Assembly: GCA_965204905.1 (NCBI GenBank)
Contig: OZ242042.1
Location: 1,538,778 to 1,602,777 of the forward strand
Direction: 5' to 3'
Source of the DNA: Dehalococcoidia bacterium
Lineage (GTDB): Bacteria; Chloroflexota; Dehalococcoidia; Lucifugimonadales; UBA3495
DNA: 64,000 bases
Shown: in pieces, positions 28,990 to 38,249 of the stretch
Position numbering within the stretch: the first letter of the stretch is position 1
Layout: each line of letters begins with the position of its first letter
Notes under the pieces: model-generated
Databases searched by the model: none
Seen by the model: only the letters and a program-made list of their open reading frames with translations
What the model was told of the DNA's origin: nothing
Position numbers and translations under genes: made by a program

Positions 28990-30390
28990 TCAGCGTTCGA
29001 TTCGGTACGCCGCGTCGAGTATTTCCACCACGTGCATGACCCGCACGTCGGATCCGGCGTTGCGCAACCCCTGCTCCAGTTGCGCCATGCAGCCGGGGTT
29101 CGCGGAAGCGATTACCCCAGCTTCGGTTGCCAGCGCGTTTCCTATCTTGCGCCGTTGCAGTCGCTGGGACATATCCCGTTGCAGTAGCGAGTAGAATCCT
29201 GCCGACCCGCAGCATAGCGACGATTCGGCCATCTCCGTCAGTTGCAACCCCGGGATACCACGCAAAACTTGCCGAGGTGCCTCGGTGATCCGTTGGGCGT
29301 GGGCCAGGTGGCAAGGGTCCTGCATGGTTACGCGCCAGGGCAGTTCGGCTTGTGGGGGGTCCAGGGGCAGCCCGGCCAGAAACTCCGTAATGTCCCGCGT
29401 ATTTTCGGCAAACTCGGTGGCCGCGTCGGCGTAATCAGGATCATCGCGCAGCAAATCACCGTACTCTTTCATCGAGGAGCCGCAGCCGGCCGAGGCGGTG
29501 ATGATTGAATCAACGCCGGCGGCGCGGAAGGCGTCTATGTTCCGCCGGGCCAGTTGCCGGCCCAACTCCAAGTCGCCGGCGTGCAGGTTCAGCGCGCCGC
29601 AGCAGCCTTGAGCCGGAGGGGTCACCACGTCGCAGCCGTTGCGCTGCAATACGCGCACGGCGGCCCGCATCGCGTCGCCCTGCATCATGGGCATGACGCA
29701 GCCGGACAGCAGCCCGACGGTCATCCGCCGTTCGCCCCGGGCCGGATAAACCCGGCTGCTCGGGGTGAAGAAGCGGTTGCCCATCACGGGCATCTGCGCT
29801 TCCATTTCGTCCAAGCCGCCGGGGAGCGCTTTCAGGAAGCCGGCACGCCGCACCAACCCCTGCAAGCCTGACTTCTGGTACAGGCGCATCAGATGACCCG
29901 CGAATCTCAGCCGTCCGTTGTGGGGCAGGGCGGTCGTCAGGAACAGACGAGAGAGCCGATTCAGTTCGGGACTTTGGAGACTGCTGTCCCGCACCTGCGC
30001 CCGGGTGTGCTCCATCAGCCGGCCGTATGGCACTCCGGATGGGCACACAGCCTCACAGGCCCGGCACTGGAGACACAGTTCCCAATGTGATACCAGGCGG
30101 TCGCTGATCCCAACCCGACCCTCGTGGACGGCTTTCATCAGGGCTATGCGACCCCTGGGGGACTCCGTTTCCAATTGTGTCTCAACATACGTGGGACAGG
30201 CGCTGAGGCACAGGCCGCAGTGGACGCAGCGGTACAGGTCGTCTTCCGCCGGCGCATCGTTGCCGGCGAATCCGGGACCGTCGTTCAGCGAACCCTCAAA
30301 GGGAACACCGTAGGGGAAGCCGTGTCCGGCGTCGATTCCGCCGCCCAGATGCTGAACCTCGTCCGTCCTGGGATCTGCGCCGCTGGCCAT
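28990..30390 (-). CDS. glcF: Glycolate oxidase iron-sulfur subunit-like (Fe-S)-binding protein
   Basis: ORF track 466 aa. Two ferredoxin motifs CVHCGLCLSACP and CLQCRACEAVCP, followed by CCG-type Cys-rich domains (GCCGA, CCGSAG). Confidence 0.85.
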   Translation of the reverse strand: MASGADPRTDEVQHLGGGIDAGHGFPYGVPFEGSLNDGPGFAGNDAPAEDDLYRCVHCGLCLSACPTYVETQLETESPRGRIALMKAVHEGRVGISDRLVSHWELCLQCRACEAVCPSGVPYGRLMEHTRAQVRDSSLQSPELNRLSRLFLTTALPHNGRLRFAGHLMRLYQKSGLQGLVRRAGFLKALPGGLDEMEAQMPVMGNRFFTPSSRVYPARGERRMTVGLLSGCVMPMMQGDAMRAAVRVLQRNGCDVVTPPAQGCCGALNLHAGDLELGRQLARRNIDAFRAAGVDSIITASAGCGSSMKEYGDLLRDDPDYADAATEFAENTRDITEFLAGLPLDPPQAELPWRVTMQDPCHLAHAQRITEAPRQVLRGIPGLQLTEMAESSLCCGSAGFYSLLQRDMSQRLQRRKIGNALATEAGVIASANPGCMAQLEQGLRNAGSDVRVMHVVEILDAAYRIER

Positions 30391-31739
30391 TACAGTCCTC
30401 CGATAAAGCGTCCGGGGTTGAGCAAGCCCTTGGGGTCAAACTGGCGCTTGATCCGGCGCATAATTTCCATTCCCGACGGCGCCGGTCCCCAAACGTCGAT
30501 CAGCTCTCTTACCGCCTGCGGGCAGGTCTCTACGATGGCGTCGCCTCCCAAACTCACCGCGGTGGATTGAATCTGACGGAGGCGTTCAGCGACGAGAACC
30601 GGGTCTTCGCTGGAAAAATCGCGCCACCACATCACTCTACTTCCGCCAAAGCCTGCGTCGGCGACTATGCCGGGTGCTTCTCCACCGATGTCCTGCTCAT
30701 CCAGCGCCAGGAGTTTTTCCAAAGCATCGGGGGGCGCATTCAGTCGAACGCATACGGATGGCGGATCTGCGGGGTTGACCGGAAAGTCCGCTAACGCTTC
30801 GGTCAGTTCGATGGCATCTTGTTCGGCGAATTGAAGCATTGTGGCAACGTCCCGCCACGCCGAGGACGTATCTTCGACCCTACGCTTCACTGACGCCGGC
30901 CGGCCGGCTATCAGAGCAATCGCCACCGTTCCGGGTCCGCCGGATAAGTTAGAGTCCTGTATCCGGCGAGCCGCCGCAGGACTCAGGACGTGCAGGGCCT
31001 GCGGGGCAAAGGGCTGTGACAAGAGGTTTCGGCACGCTGCTACCGCCGTTTGGGTGCTCTCAAACATCGCAACAATCGCCGCCCAGGCCGTCGGCGCCGG
31101 CGTGATCTTGAACGTGGCTTCCGTGATGACGGCCAGGGTACCCATAGAGCCGGTGTAAAGGCGGTTCAGGTCATAGCCGGTTACGTTTTTGACCACCTGG
31201 CCGCCCGCCTTGCTCATGGTTCCATTAGCCCCGACCACGCTGATTCCGATGAGCCAATCCCTGGGCAACCCGTAAGCGGCGCGCATCGGCCCGCCGATGC
31301 CCGTCGCCAGCGTGCCGCCAACGGTGGCCCGATACGCCAGCGGCGGAGCGAGCGGGACATACTTTCCGTCCTGGCTTAACGCGGAGTCCAGCTGGCTGAC
31401 CGTCATGCCGGCCTGAACGCGCACGGTGAGGTCCGCCGGCTGAAAGTCAATCATGCGATCCAGACGAGTCATGTCCAGCGCAATGCCGGGACGACTCGGC
31501 GTGTTTCCCAGATGGCTGAGCGTCCGGCCGCCGCTGGGATAGACTGCGATGTCGCGGCGGTGCGCCCATTCCAGCACGGCGGAGACCTCTTCGATCTCCG
31601 ACGGGTACGCAACTGCTGAAGGAACGAATGGCCCAATGGAGTAATCTGAAACGCGGCTATCGCTAACCACGCGGTTTTGGCCGATAAGGGCGGTAAGTTG
31701 GGCGGAAATATCCCGACCGAGATCAGGCAATGCCGTCAT
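30390..31739 (-). CDS. glcE: FAD-binding oxidoreductase, glycolate oxidase subunit GlcE-like
   Basis: ORF track 449 aa. FAD_binding_4-like N-terminus (PSGGRTLSHLGN...) and a 1-nt overlap with the glcF start. Confidence 0.8.
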   Translation of the reverse strand: MTALPDLGRDISAQLTALIGQNRVVSDSRVSDYSIGPFVPSAVAYPSEIEEVSAVLEWAHRRDIAVYPSGGRTLSHLGNTPSRPGIALDMTRLDRMIDFQPADLTVRVQAGMTVSQLDSALSQDGKYVPLAPPLAYRATVGGTLATGIGGPMRAAYGLPRDWLIGISVVGANGTMSKAGGQVVKNVTGYDLNRLYTGSMGTLAVITEATFKITPAPTAWAAIVAMFESTQTAVAACRNLLSQPFAPQALHVLSPAAARRIQDSNLSGGPGTVAIALIAGRPASVKRRVEDTSSAWRDVATMLQFAEQDAIELTEALADFPVNPADPPSVCVRLNAPPDALEKLLALDEQDIGGEAPGIVADAGFGGSRVMWWRDFSSEDPVLVAERLRQIQSTAVSLGGDAIVETCPQAVRELIDVWGPAPSGMEIMRRIKRQFDPKGLLNPGRFIGGL

Positions 31740-31742
31740 GCA

Positions 31743-33176
31743 TCACGCGTACAGGCCGGCGGTGTGCGCCGCAGGATGTGGCGCCGGGCGATAATAGCTT
31801 CCGTCAGGGAAGATTTTTCCCGGATTCAGGCGGTTCTGTGGAGCGAAAGCCTCCCGCACTCTCTGCATCGCCTCCATGTCCTCGTCAGCGTACACCAGAG
31901 GCATGAATTCCTTCTTTTCCAGCCCGATGCCGTGCTCGCCGCTCAGTGTGCCACCTAACGCAGCGCATTCTTCCATCAGTTCCGCGGCCGCGGCCATTGC
32001 GCTGTCCATGACGCCAGGCTCCCGAGCGTCAAACAGCATACAAGGGTGGAGATTGCCGTCGCCGGCGTGGAAGACGTTGGCGATGGTGATGCCGTAGCGT
32101 TCGCTGACCTCGTGGACTTTCCGAAGCATCTGCGTCAAGCGGGTTCGAGGAACTACGCCGTCCACCAAATAATAGTTTGGCGCGATTGTGCCGAATGCGC
32201 CGAAGGCCGTCTTCCGTCCGACCCACAAGCGTTCCCGCTCAGCGTCGTCCTCGGCAATGCGCACATCCGCAGCGCCGGTGTCCCACAGGGCGGACTCCAC
32301 TTCTTCGGTAACCTCCTCCACCTCTTCGCGCAGCCCTTCAAGTTCAATGAGCAATACCGCTCCGGCGTCATTGGGGTAGCCGGCGTCGGTGACATTCTGG
32401 ACGGCGCGGATGCTCAGGGCGTCGATCATCTCCAGGGCGGCCGGCACTATTCCATACCCGATTACCGCGGACACCGCAGTACAGGCGGAGTCTATGTCGG
32501 GGAATATGCCCAGGAAAGTGCGAACCGATTCGGGCGCCGGCAGCAAACGAACCAGTATTTTGGTAGCGATGCCAAAGGTGCCTTCAGAACCTACGAACGC
32601 GCCCCGCAGGTCGTATCCGGCAGCTTCCCGAGCCTGACCGCCGAGATAGACGACTTCGCCATCCTCAAGCACTACCTCCATACCGATGACATGGTTGGTA
32701 GTCGCGCCGTAGGCCAGACAATGCGGCCCGCCGGCATTCTCCGCGATGTTGCCGCCCAGGCTACAGGCCCGTTGGCTGGACGGATCGGGAGCGTATCTCA
32801 TGCCGAATCGGCGGACGTGGTTGTCCAGGTCCAGGTTGATCACGCCCGGTTCCACCAGGGCGGTTTGGTTGATCGTATCTACTTCGAGAATACGATTCAT
32901 GCGAGGAAAGGCAATCTGCAAGCCGTCGGGCGGCGTGATGGCTCCACCGCTGAGGCCGGTGCCGCTGCCTCGGCCAACAACCGTGATACCGGCCTCGTAG
33001 GCCAGGGACATGACCTTGCTTACCTCGCCGGTGTTCGCCGGCAAAACGACCGCCCGAGGCATCGAGCGGTCAACTGAGCCGTCGTATTCGTACACAAGCA
33101 GGTCTTCACGGTGATCAATTACATAATCACCGCCAACGACCGATCTTATCTCGGTAAGGATGTCGCTGTTGGCCAA
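31743..33176 (-). CDS. glcD: FAD-linked oxidase, glycolate oxidase subunit GlcD-like
   Basis: ORF 31743..33359 trimmed to TTG 33176 (MANSDILTEIRSVVGGDYVI...), because the longer form overlaps the NHL gene. VVGRGSGTGLSGGA FAD motif. No closer ATG is available. Confidence 0.85.
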   Translation of the reverse strand: MANSDILTEIRSVVGGDYVIDHREDLLVYEYDGSVDRSMPRAVVLPANTGEVSKVMSLAYEAGITVVGRGSGTGLSGGAITPPDGLQIAFPRMNRILEVDTINQTALVEPGVINLDLDNHVRRFGMRYAPDPSSQRACSLGGNIAENAGGPHCLAYGATTNHVIGMEVVLEDGEVVYLGGQAREAAGYDLRGAFVGSEGTFGIATKILVRLLPAPESVRTFLGIFPDIDSACTAVSAVIGYGIVPAALEMIDALSIRAVQNVTDAGYPNDAGAVLLIELEGLREEVEEVTEEVESALWDTGAADVRIAEDDAERERLWVGRKTAFGAFGTIAPNYYLVDGVVPRTRLTQMLRKVHEVSERYGITIANVFHAGDGNLHPCMLFDAREPGVMDSAMAAAAELMEECAALGGTLSGEHGIGLEKKEFMPLVYADEDMEAMQRVREAFAPQNRLNPGKIFPDGSYYRPAPHPAAHTAGLYA

Positions 33177-33183
33177 CTCTCGA

Positions 33184-34218
33184 TCAGTCCTTGCGGCGTT
33201 GGTACACCTGGATGCGGTGACGGTTCGCTTCCACCACGAATAGGCGTCCCTCAGGGTCCAAGCGGATGGACACCGGACCCCAGAAGTACGGCTCGGTCTG
33301 AGCGGAAACGAGATAAGGGGTATCGAGGTGATCCGGCAGGTCGGGAACCAGGTTGGCAATCTGCCGCGTGTTGTATTCGTCGGGGTTCACCGACATGAAG
33401 TCCTGGGCCCACTTGGACAGGGTGGCCTGTCCACGCAGGGTTTGGACGAAGTTGCCGTCCGAGTCCAAAAGCTGCACTCGCTCGTTGCCCCAGTCGGACA
33501 CGTAGATGTATCCGTCTGAATCAACGCAAACGCCCGATGGCCGGCTGAACTCGCCATCTCCCGAGCCGGAAGAACCGTAAGTCGCCAGGTGCTGCCCGTC
33601 TGCGGTGAATTTCTGAACGCGGTCGTTGCGCCAGTCGGCGACGAATACGTTGCCGTTGGCGTCCAGCCCGATGCCCCAAGGCATGTTGAACTGGCCCGGG
33701 CCGTCTCCGAATTCGCCCCAATGGGAAACCGGATCGCCCTCCGGCGTGAAAACCTGAACCCGGTGGTTGTGCTGTTCGGCCACGTACACAGCGCCGTCGG
33801 GAGCGACGGAGATTCCCGAGGGGCCGTTGAGCTGTCCCAAAGCATCGCCCTGCTCGCCCCACATACGGATGAATTCCCCGCTGGTATCGAGCACCGTAAC
33901 ACGATGCAGATGCTCGTCGGTGATGTGGACGCGCTGGTCGGCGCTGATGGCCATGCCGATGGGCAGCATCCACTGACCTTCGCCCCGGCCGGTGCCCTTG
34001 CTGTACTCGCCGAGGTAGTCCTCATCCCAATTGAGGATGCCGATACGGATTAGCGCCGCGCGGGCGGCGTCGGCGTGGTTCAGTACCAGGATCCGCCCGT
34101 CGTTGGTGAAACAGCAGTCATAAGGGTTGACGAAACCCCGTCCGCTCTGGTTGGTGGTGAGGCCGATGGTCTTTACGTACTCCACCGGGCCGGCGCTTAC
34201 CGCAGTTGCGGTAGTCAT
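33184..34218 (-). CDS. NHL repeat-containing protein (six-bladed beta-propeller)
   Basis: ORF track 344 aa. Repeated units such as PSGISVAPDGAVYVAEQHNHRVQVF, PWGIGLDANGNVFVADWRNDRVQKF and PSGVCVDSDGYIYVSDWGNERVQLL. AGGAGAGG upstream. No signal peptide visible. Confidence 0.88.
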   Translation of the reverse strand: MTTATAVSAGPVEYVKTIGLTTNQSGRGFVNPYDCCFTNDGRILVLNHADAARAALIRIGILNWDEDYLGEYSKGTGRGEGQWMLPIGMAISADQRVHITDEHLHRVTVLDTSGEFIRMWGEQGDALGQLNGPSGISVAPDGAVYVAEQHNHRVQVFTPEGDPVSHWGEFGDGPGQFNMPWGIGLDANGNVFVADWRNDRVQKFTADGQHLATYGSSGSGDGEFSRPSGVCVDSDGYIYVSDWGNERVQLLDSDGNFVQTLRGQATLSKWAQDFMSVNPDEYNTRQIANLVPDLPDHLDTPYLVSAQTEPYFWGPVSIRLDPEGRLFVVEANRHRIQVYQRRKD

Positions 34219-34238
34219 TGCAGCCTCTCCTGTTTTGC

Positions 34239-34266
34239 GTAGGGGCGAATGATCATTCGCCCCTAC
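34239..34266. repeat. Perfect 28-nt palindrome GTAGGGGCGAATGATCATTCGCCCCTAC
   Basis: Self-complementary. Lies between the DUF1800 stop (34300) and the NHL start (34218). The second copy at 35749 differs by one base. Confidence 0.85.
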
Positions 34267-34299
34267 ATTGTCCGGTGCCGTCTGGATTTCTCCGCTGCG

Positions 34300-35715
34300 C
34301 TAAGCCAATTGGTACTCTCGCGTTGCGGTCAGCAGGCGCAGCAGGTTGGCGATACGCTGGTCGTCCGCTTCGCTGCGGGCGCCTTCACGCAGGTCGGCAT
34401 TGCCCTGCTGGTTAGCGAATTCACTGATGGACGCGCTGGTCGCTTCCGAGAGTTCCAGCGGGCCGATGAGATCGGCGCACCCTGCCACCTGTTCCTCAGG
34501 GGAGAGCAGACCATTCCCATGCTGGGCCAGGCGATCGATGATGGATTTGACTCCAGGGTGCGAAGGATCACCCAGTTCCTGACCTACGAAGTTGACCCGC
34601 TCCACCAAGGCGCCGCTGTCGATCCACTCGGCTCCCTCATGCCAGCCCTCCACACTGGGCGGCTGGAAGATGCCCTGACCCATGTACATGGTTTGGCGGG
34701 CCAGTTGGTCAGCGCCAAACGTCGGATTCTGGTAAGTGCCGGCCATTCTCACCGCGCCTACCACCAATTCCACCGGTCCCTTTACGCGGGCGAACCTGGC
34801 ATCCTCCGACTTGAAGTAGTTCGAGTTGAACAGCGTGCGCAGGACCGAGCGGATTTCATAGTCCGAAGCGAAGTAAGACTGCATCATCTCTTCAATGACG
34901 GCCTCTCCCGCTTCATCAACCTCGTCGGCGGCGAAGTATTGGAACAGGCGAGTGCTGACGAAGCGAGCCGTGGCTTCCTGTTGCACGATGATGTCAATGA
35001 TGTCATCGCCGTTGAAATTCCCGGTGTGACCCAGGAAGGTCTTTTCGCCGTCGTCGTGATCGTATTCGCGATAGTTGAAGTGCCAGTTGATGCGGCTGTA
35101 CGGCCAGATGGAATCGCGGCTGGCTCGGGTGGACATGTACTCGGCGTTGCCCAGCGTCCAGCCGGTGAAAGCCCGGGCGCACTCTTTGACATCGTCCTCG
35201 GTGTAGTTGCCGATGCCCATTGAGAAGAGTTCCAGCAACTCACGGCCGTAGTTCTCGTTGATATCGCCCTTGTGGTTGTCGTGGTTATCCAGCCAGATAA
35301 TCATGGCCGGATCCTTGGACAATTCCACCAAAATAGTTCGGAAGGAACTGAGGGCGTGCCGGCGGAACGTGTTGATCTGGTTGGTCAACGCGCTCGCCTG
35401 GTTCAGCTTGGCGTAACCGGTGGCGAACAAACCGTGCCAGAACAGGGCGAGTTTTTCCTCCAACTGGTTGTCGGTGGTGACCATCCGGTACATCCAGTAA
35501 GCTCCGGCGCTGTTCAACTCGCGCATTTCGCCCATTTCCGAATGGTAGCGACGGATTACGTCGTCGGGCATGGCATTGGCGTTGCCGGGGTGCAGGAGGT
35601 CCTCCACCACGGTTTCGTAGCCCTGGGCCACCCTTTGTTCCAGTTCATCTCGGCTGGCGCCGAATCCGGCTCGCCGCATCAGGTGAGCCATCAAGGCAAC
35701 GTCGGCACTGCTCAT
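34300..35715 (-). CDS. DUF1800 domain-containing protein
   Basis: ORF 34300..35766 trimmed to ATG 35715 (GGAGG 5 nt upstream), because the track N-terminus MIIRPY... translates the palindrome. MSSADVALMAHLMRRAGFGASRDELEQ is the typical DUF1800 start. Confidence 0.85.
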   Translation of the reverse strand: MSSADVALMAHLMRRAGFGASRDELEQRVAQGYETVVEDLLHPGNANAMPDDVIRRYHSEMGEMRELNSAGAYWMYRMVTTDNQLEEKLALFWHGLFATGYAKLNQASALTNQINTFRRHALSSFRTILVELSKDPAMIIWLDNHDNHKGDINENYGRELLELFSMGIGNYTEDDVKECARAFTGWTLGNAEYMSTRASRDSIWPYSRINWHFNYREYDHDDGEKTFLGHTGNFNGDDIIDIIVQQEATARFVSTRLFQYFAADEVDEAGEAVIEEMMQSYFASDYEIRSVLRTLFNSNYFKSEDARFARVKGPVELVVGAVRMAGTYQNPTFGADQLARQTMYMGQGIFQPPSVEGWHEGAEWIDSGALVERVNFVGQELGDPSHPGVKSIIDRLAQHGNGLLSPEEQVAGCADLIGPLELSEATSASISEFANQQGNADLREGARSEADDQRIANLLRLLTATREYQLA

Positions 35716-35748
35716 AATTGCCTCCATAAGTTGCGTTTCTTCGTTGTT

Positions 35749-35776
35749 GTAGGGGCGAATAATCATTCGCCCCTAC
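35749..35776. repeat. 28-nt palindrome GTAGGGGCGAATAATCATTCGCCCCTAC
   Basis: Lies between the DUF1501 stop (35787) and the DUF1800 start (35715). Confidence 0.85.
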
Positions 35777-35786
35777 GCACGGCGGA

Positions 35787-36917
35787 TTAATTGCGGATGA
35801 AGTCCCACTGCTCGAACTGGCCGTTGACGATGGGCGCGGGATCGAGGCCGAGCCACCGGTCGGCGATGGTGGAATAGGTGGAACGGAAATCGTTGTTGAA
35901 GTGCAGGTCGCCGTCCAACTGGTCCTTTTCAGCCAACGAGGGGTACTCTCCGTAGAAGCCGCCGTTGATTTGGTTACCGACGATGAACGCGGTCCCGCCG
36001 GAGCCGTGGTCGGTTCCGGAACCATTGTCCCGAATGCGCCGGCCGAATTCGGTCCAGATAAGGACGATGGCGTCGTCGGCCTTGCCGTGTTCTTCCAGGT
36101 CGGCCATGAAGTCGCTGACTGCGCCGGCAACCTGGTTCCACAGGCCGCCGTGAACCTTAACCTCGTCGCCGTGAGTGTCGAAGCTGCCATGCTGAGTGTA
36201 GTAGATGCGAGTGCCGAGGTCGGCGGTCATCACCTGGGCGGCGTTCTTGAGGGCTTGGGCGATGGGGTTGTCGGCGTATTCGACGGTGGACGAATAGCTC
36301 TCGGGAGCGGTGCGAAGGATGTCTGCGCCCTTGAGCGCGTCGCGTCCCGTCTGGCCCAGGTAGTCCATGACGGCGTCCTGAATCGTGCCGCCGTACATCT
36401 TGCCGAAAGCGTCGAGGCAGAGGCCGCGAATGCGTTCCTCCTCAACGTCGGGGAACAGTCCGTAGGTTTCCAAATTGCCCACCGACGCCACCGGCACTCC
36501 GGGAGCACCCATGGACCTGGGCAGGCCGCGTCCGAAGTTGACGCCGGTGATGACGTTCTGGCCCTGGGGGTCGAGGTCGCGGATGACCCGGCCGAGCCAG
36601 CCTTCGGTGGCGATCTTTTCCGGCTCGCAGGTGTGCCAGATGTCCATGCTGCGGAAGTGCGAACGGTTGGGGTTGGGGTAGCCGATGCCGTTGACGATGG
36701 CTACCTTGCCCTCGTCCCAAAGCGCTTTGATGGGCGCCATGTTGGGGTTGAAGGCGAGACGCCCGTCAATGGGGATCACCTGGTCGGTGGGTACGCCAAC
36801 GTTGGGACGGAAGTCATAGTAGAGACCGTCGGTATAGGGGATAACGGTATTCAGCGGGTCATTGGCGCCGGCCAACTGGATTACCACGAGGGACCGGCTT
36901 TTGTTAGTGGTGGTCAT
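35787..36917 (-). CDS. DUF1501 domain-containing protein (sulfatase/alkaline-phosphatase-like fold)
   Basis: ORF 35787..36947 trimmed to ATG 36917, preceded by AAAGGAGG. LVVIQLAGANDPLNTVIPY...HGSFDTHGD...WTEFGRR are DUF1501 signatures. No twin-arginine leader is visible from this start. Confidence 0.85.
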   Translation of the reverse strand: MTTTNKSRSLVVIQLAGANDPLNTVIPYTDGLYYDFRPNVGVPTDQVIPIDGRLAFNPNMAPIKALWDEGKVAIVNGIGYPNPNRSHFRSMDIWHTCEPEKIATEGWLGRVIRDLDPQGQNVITGVNFGRGLPRSMGAPGVPVASVGNLETYGLFPDVEEERIRGLCLDAFGKMYGGTIQDAVMDYLGQTGRDALKGADILRTAPESYSSTVEYADNPIAQALKNAAQVMTADLGTRIYYTQHGSFDTHGDEVKVHGGLWNQVAGAVSDFMADLEEHGKADDAIVLIWTEFGRRIRDNGSGTDHGSGGTAFIVGNQINGGFYGEYPSLAEKDQLDGDLHFNNDFRSTYSTIADRWLGLDPAPIVNGQFEQWDFIRN

Positions 36918-36980
36918 CTTGCGAGGGCCTCCTTTATTGGCGCACAAAAACGCGCCAGCACTGGTCTGGCTGATAGATGC

Positions 36981-37009
36981 AGTTTAAAGTTTGCCGTCTA
37001 GTATGTCAA
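36981..37009 (-). promoter_or_regulatory. Sigma70-type promoter (TTGACA-17 nt-TAAACT) for the DUF1501-led minus-strand gene run
   Basis: On the reverse strand, TTGACA lies at 37009-37004 and TAAACT at 36986-36981, with a 17-nt spacer, about 65 nt upstream of ATG 36917. Confidence 0.6.
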
Positions 37010-37047
37010 CGAGAGCCGATTTCAATAGCGGCGGCTCCCATTGTCGT

Positions 37048-37076
37048 TTGATACCCGCCAACCCGTAGGCTATACT
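37048..37076 (+). promoter_or_regulatory. Sigma70-type promoter (TTGATA-17 nt-TATACT) for leuB
   Basis: TTGATA at 37048-37053 and TATACT at 37071-37076, about 65 nt upstream of ATG 37141. Confidence 0.6.
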
Positions 37077-37140
37077 ACCCGTCGGCTCGTTCCGGCCTGG
37101 AATTTTACATAATGGGCCGGTGGCCAGGGAGCAGATTCAT

Positions 37141-38232
37141 ATGGATTTCAACATCGCCGTTCTTGGCGGCGACGGTATCGGTCCCGAAGTTACGGCGGAG
37201 GGCGTCAAGGCCCTGGAAGCCGTGGGCCGCGCCTTCGGACATAACTTTTCTTTGGAATACGGCGACGTGGGCGGTATTTCCATCGACCGCCACGGAACCC
37301 CCCTTACCGATACGGTAAGGGACCTGGCTGCTGACGCCGACGCGGTGCTGTTCGGGGCCGTCGGCGGACCCAAATGGGATGACCCCTCGGCCCCAACCCG
37401 CCCGGAAGACGGCCTTTTGGCCCTACGCGCCCATCTCAACGTCTTCGCCAATATCCGGCCCGTGAAGGTGTATCCCGAACTGACCGGATCCAGTGTCCTG
37501 AAGCCCCACGTCCTGGAGGACGTGGACATGGTGGTGGTGAGAGAACTGACCGGCGGTTTGTACTACGCACAGCCCAAGGGTCGGACTGAAACGCCGCAGG
37601 GCATAGTTGGCGTTGACACCATGCGGTATTCAGAATCCGAAATCGAGCGCGTGCTTCGAGTGGGATTTGAACTCGCTCGCGGCCGTCGCAAAAAGCTGAC
37701 CTCCGTGGACAAGGCCAACGTCCTGGAAACGTCGAGGCTGTGGCGCGCCACCGCGACCCGTGTGGCGGCAGACTACCCCGACGTTGAGCTGGAGCACGCG
37801 CTGGTTGACGCCTGCGCCATGCAGATTGTGCTGCGCCCCGCATCGTACGACGTGATCGTAGCGGAGAACACTTTTGGCGACATCCTGACTGACGAGGCAG
37901 CGATCCTGGCGGCGTCCATGGGCCTCCTGCCGTCTGCCAGCCTGTCCGGAGTGCCCCAGGCCGGAGCCACTACGCCGGGATTCTACGAGCCGATACACGG
38001 CACGGCGCCCGACATCGCCGGCCAGGGTATTGCCAATCCCTGCGGGTCCATCCTCAGCGCTGCCATGATGCTGCGCTACTCTCTCGGTTTGACCGAAGAG
38101 GCGGCGGCCATCGACCGGGCAGTGCAGACCGTTCTGGAGAACGGCCATCGAACCGCCGATATCGCTACGTCCGGCGAAATGGTTACCAGCACCGTAGCTA
38201 TGGGCGATCTCATCGCGCAAGCCATCGGCTAG
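37141..38232 (+). CDS. leuB: 3-isopropylmalate dehydrogenase
   Basis: ORF 37120..38232 (GTG) trimmed to ATG 37141. [26 protein letters not shown] and [12 protein letters not shown] motifs. Confidence 0.93.
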   Translation: MDFNIAVLGGDGIGPEVTAEGVKALEAVGRAFGHNFSLEYGDVGGISIDRHGTPLTDTVRDLAADADAVLFGAVGGPKWDDPSAPTRPEDGLLALRAHLNVFANIRPVKVYPELTGSSVLKPHVLEDVDMVVVRELTGGLYYAQPKGRTETPQGIVGVDTMRYSESEIERVLRVGFELARGRRKKLTSVDKANVLETSRLWRATATRVAADYPDVELEHALVDACAMQIVLRPASYDVIVAENTFGDILTDEAAILAASMGLLPSASLSGVPQAGATTPGFYEPIHGTAPDIAGQGIANPCGSILSAAMMLRYSLGLTEEAAAIDRAVQTVLENGHRTADIATSGEMVTSTVAMGDLIAQAIG

Positions 38233-38249
38233 AGCCGCGGAGCCGTATC

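Noticed and set aside
34249-35766. Two ORFs on opposite strands that both begin MIIRPY… (34249-35223 plus strand, 34300-35766 minus strand), which suggests a conserved peptide
   Set aside because: The shared N-terminus is produced by translating the palindromic element GTAGGGGCGAAT.ATCATTCGCCCCTAC in both directions. The real DUF1800 start is ATG 35715
37083-37140. Hairpin CCGGCC-(17 nt)-GGCCGG in the leuB leader, considered as a leucine attenuator or T-box
   Set aside because: There is no U-tract, no leader peptide with Leu codons, and no T-box conserved sequence. It is too short to support any call
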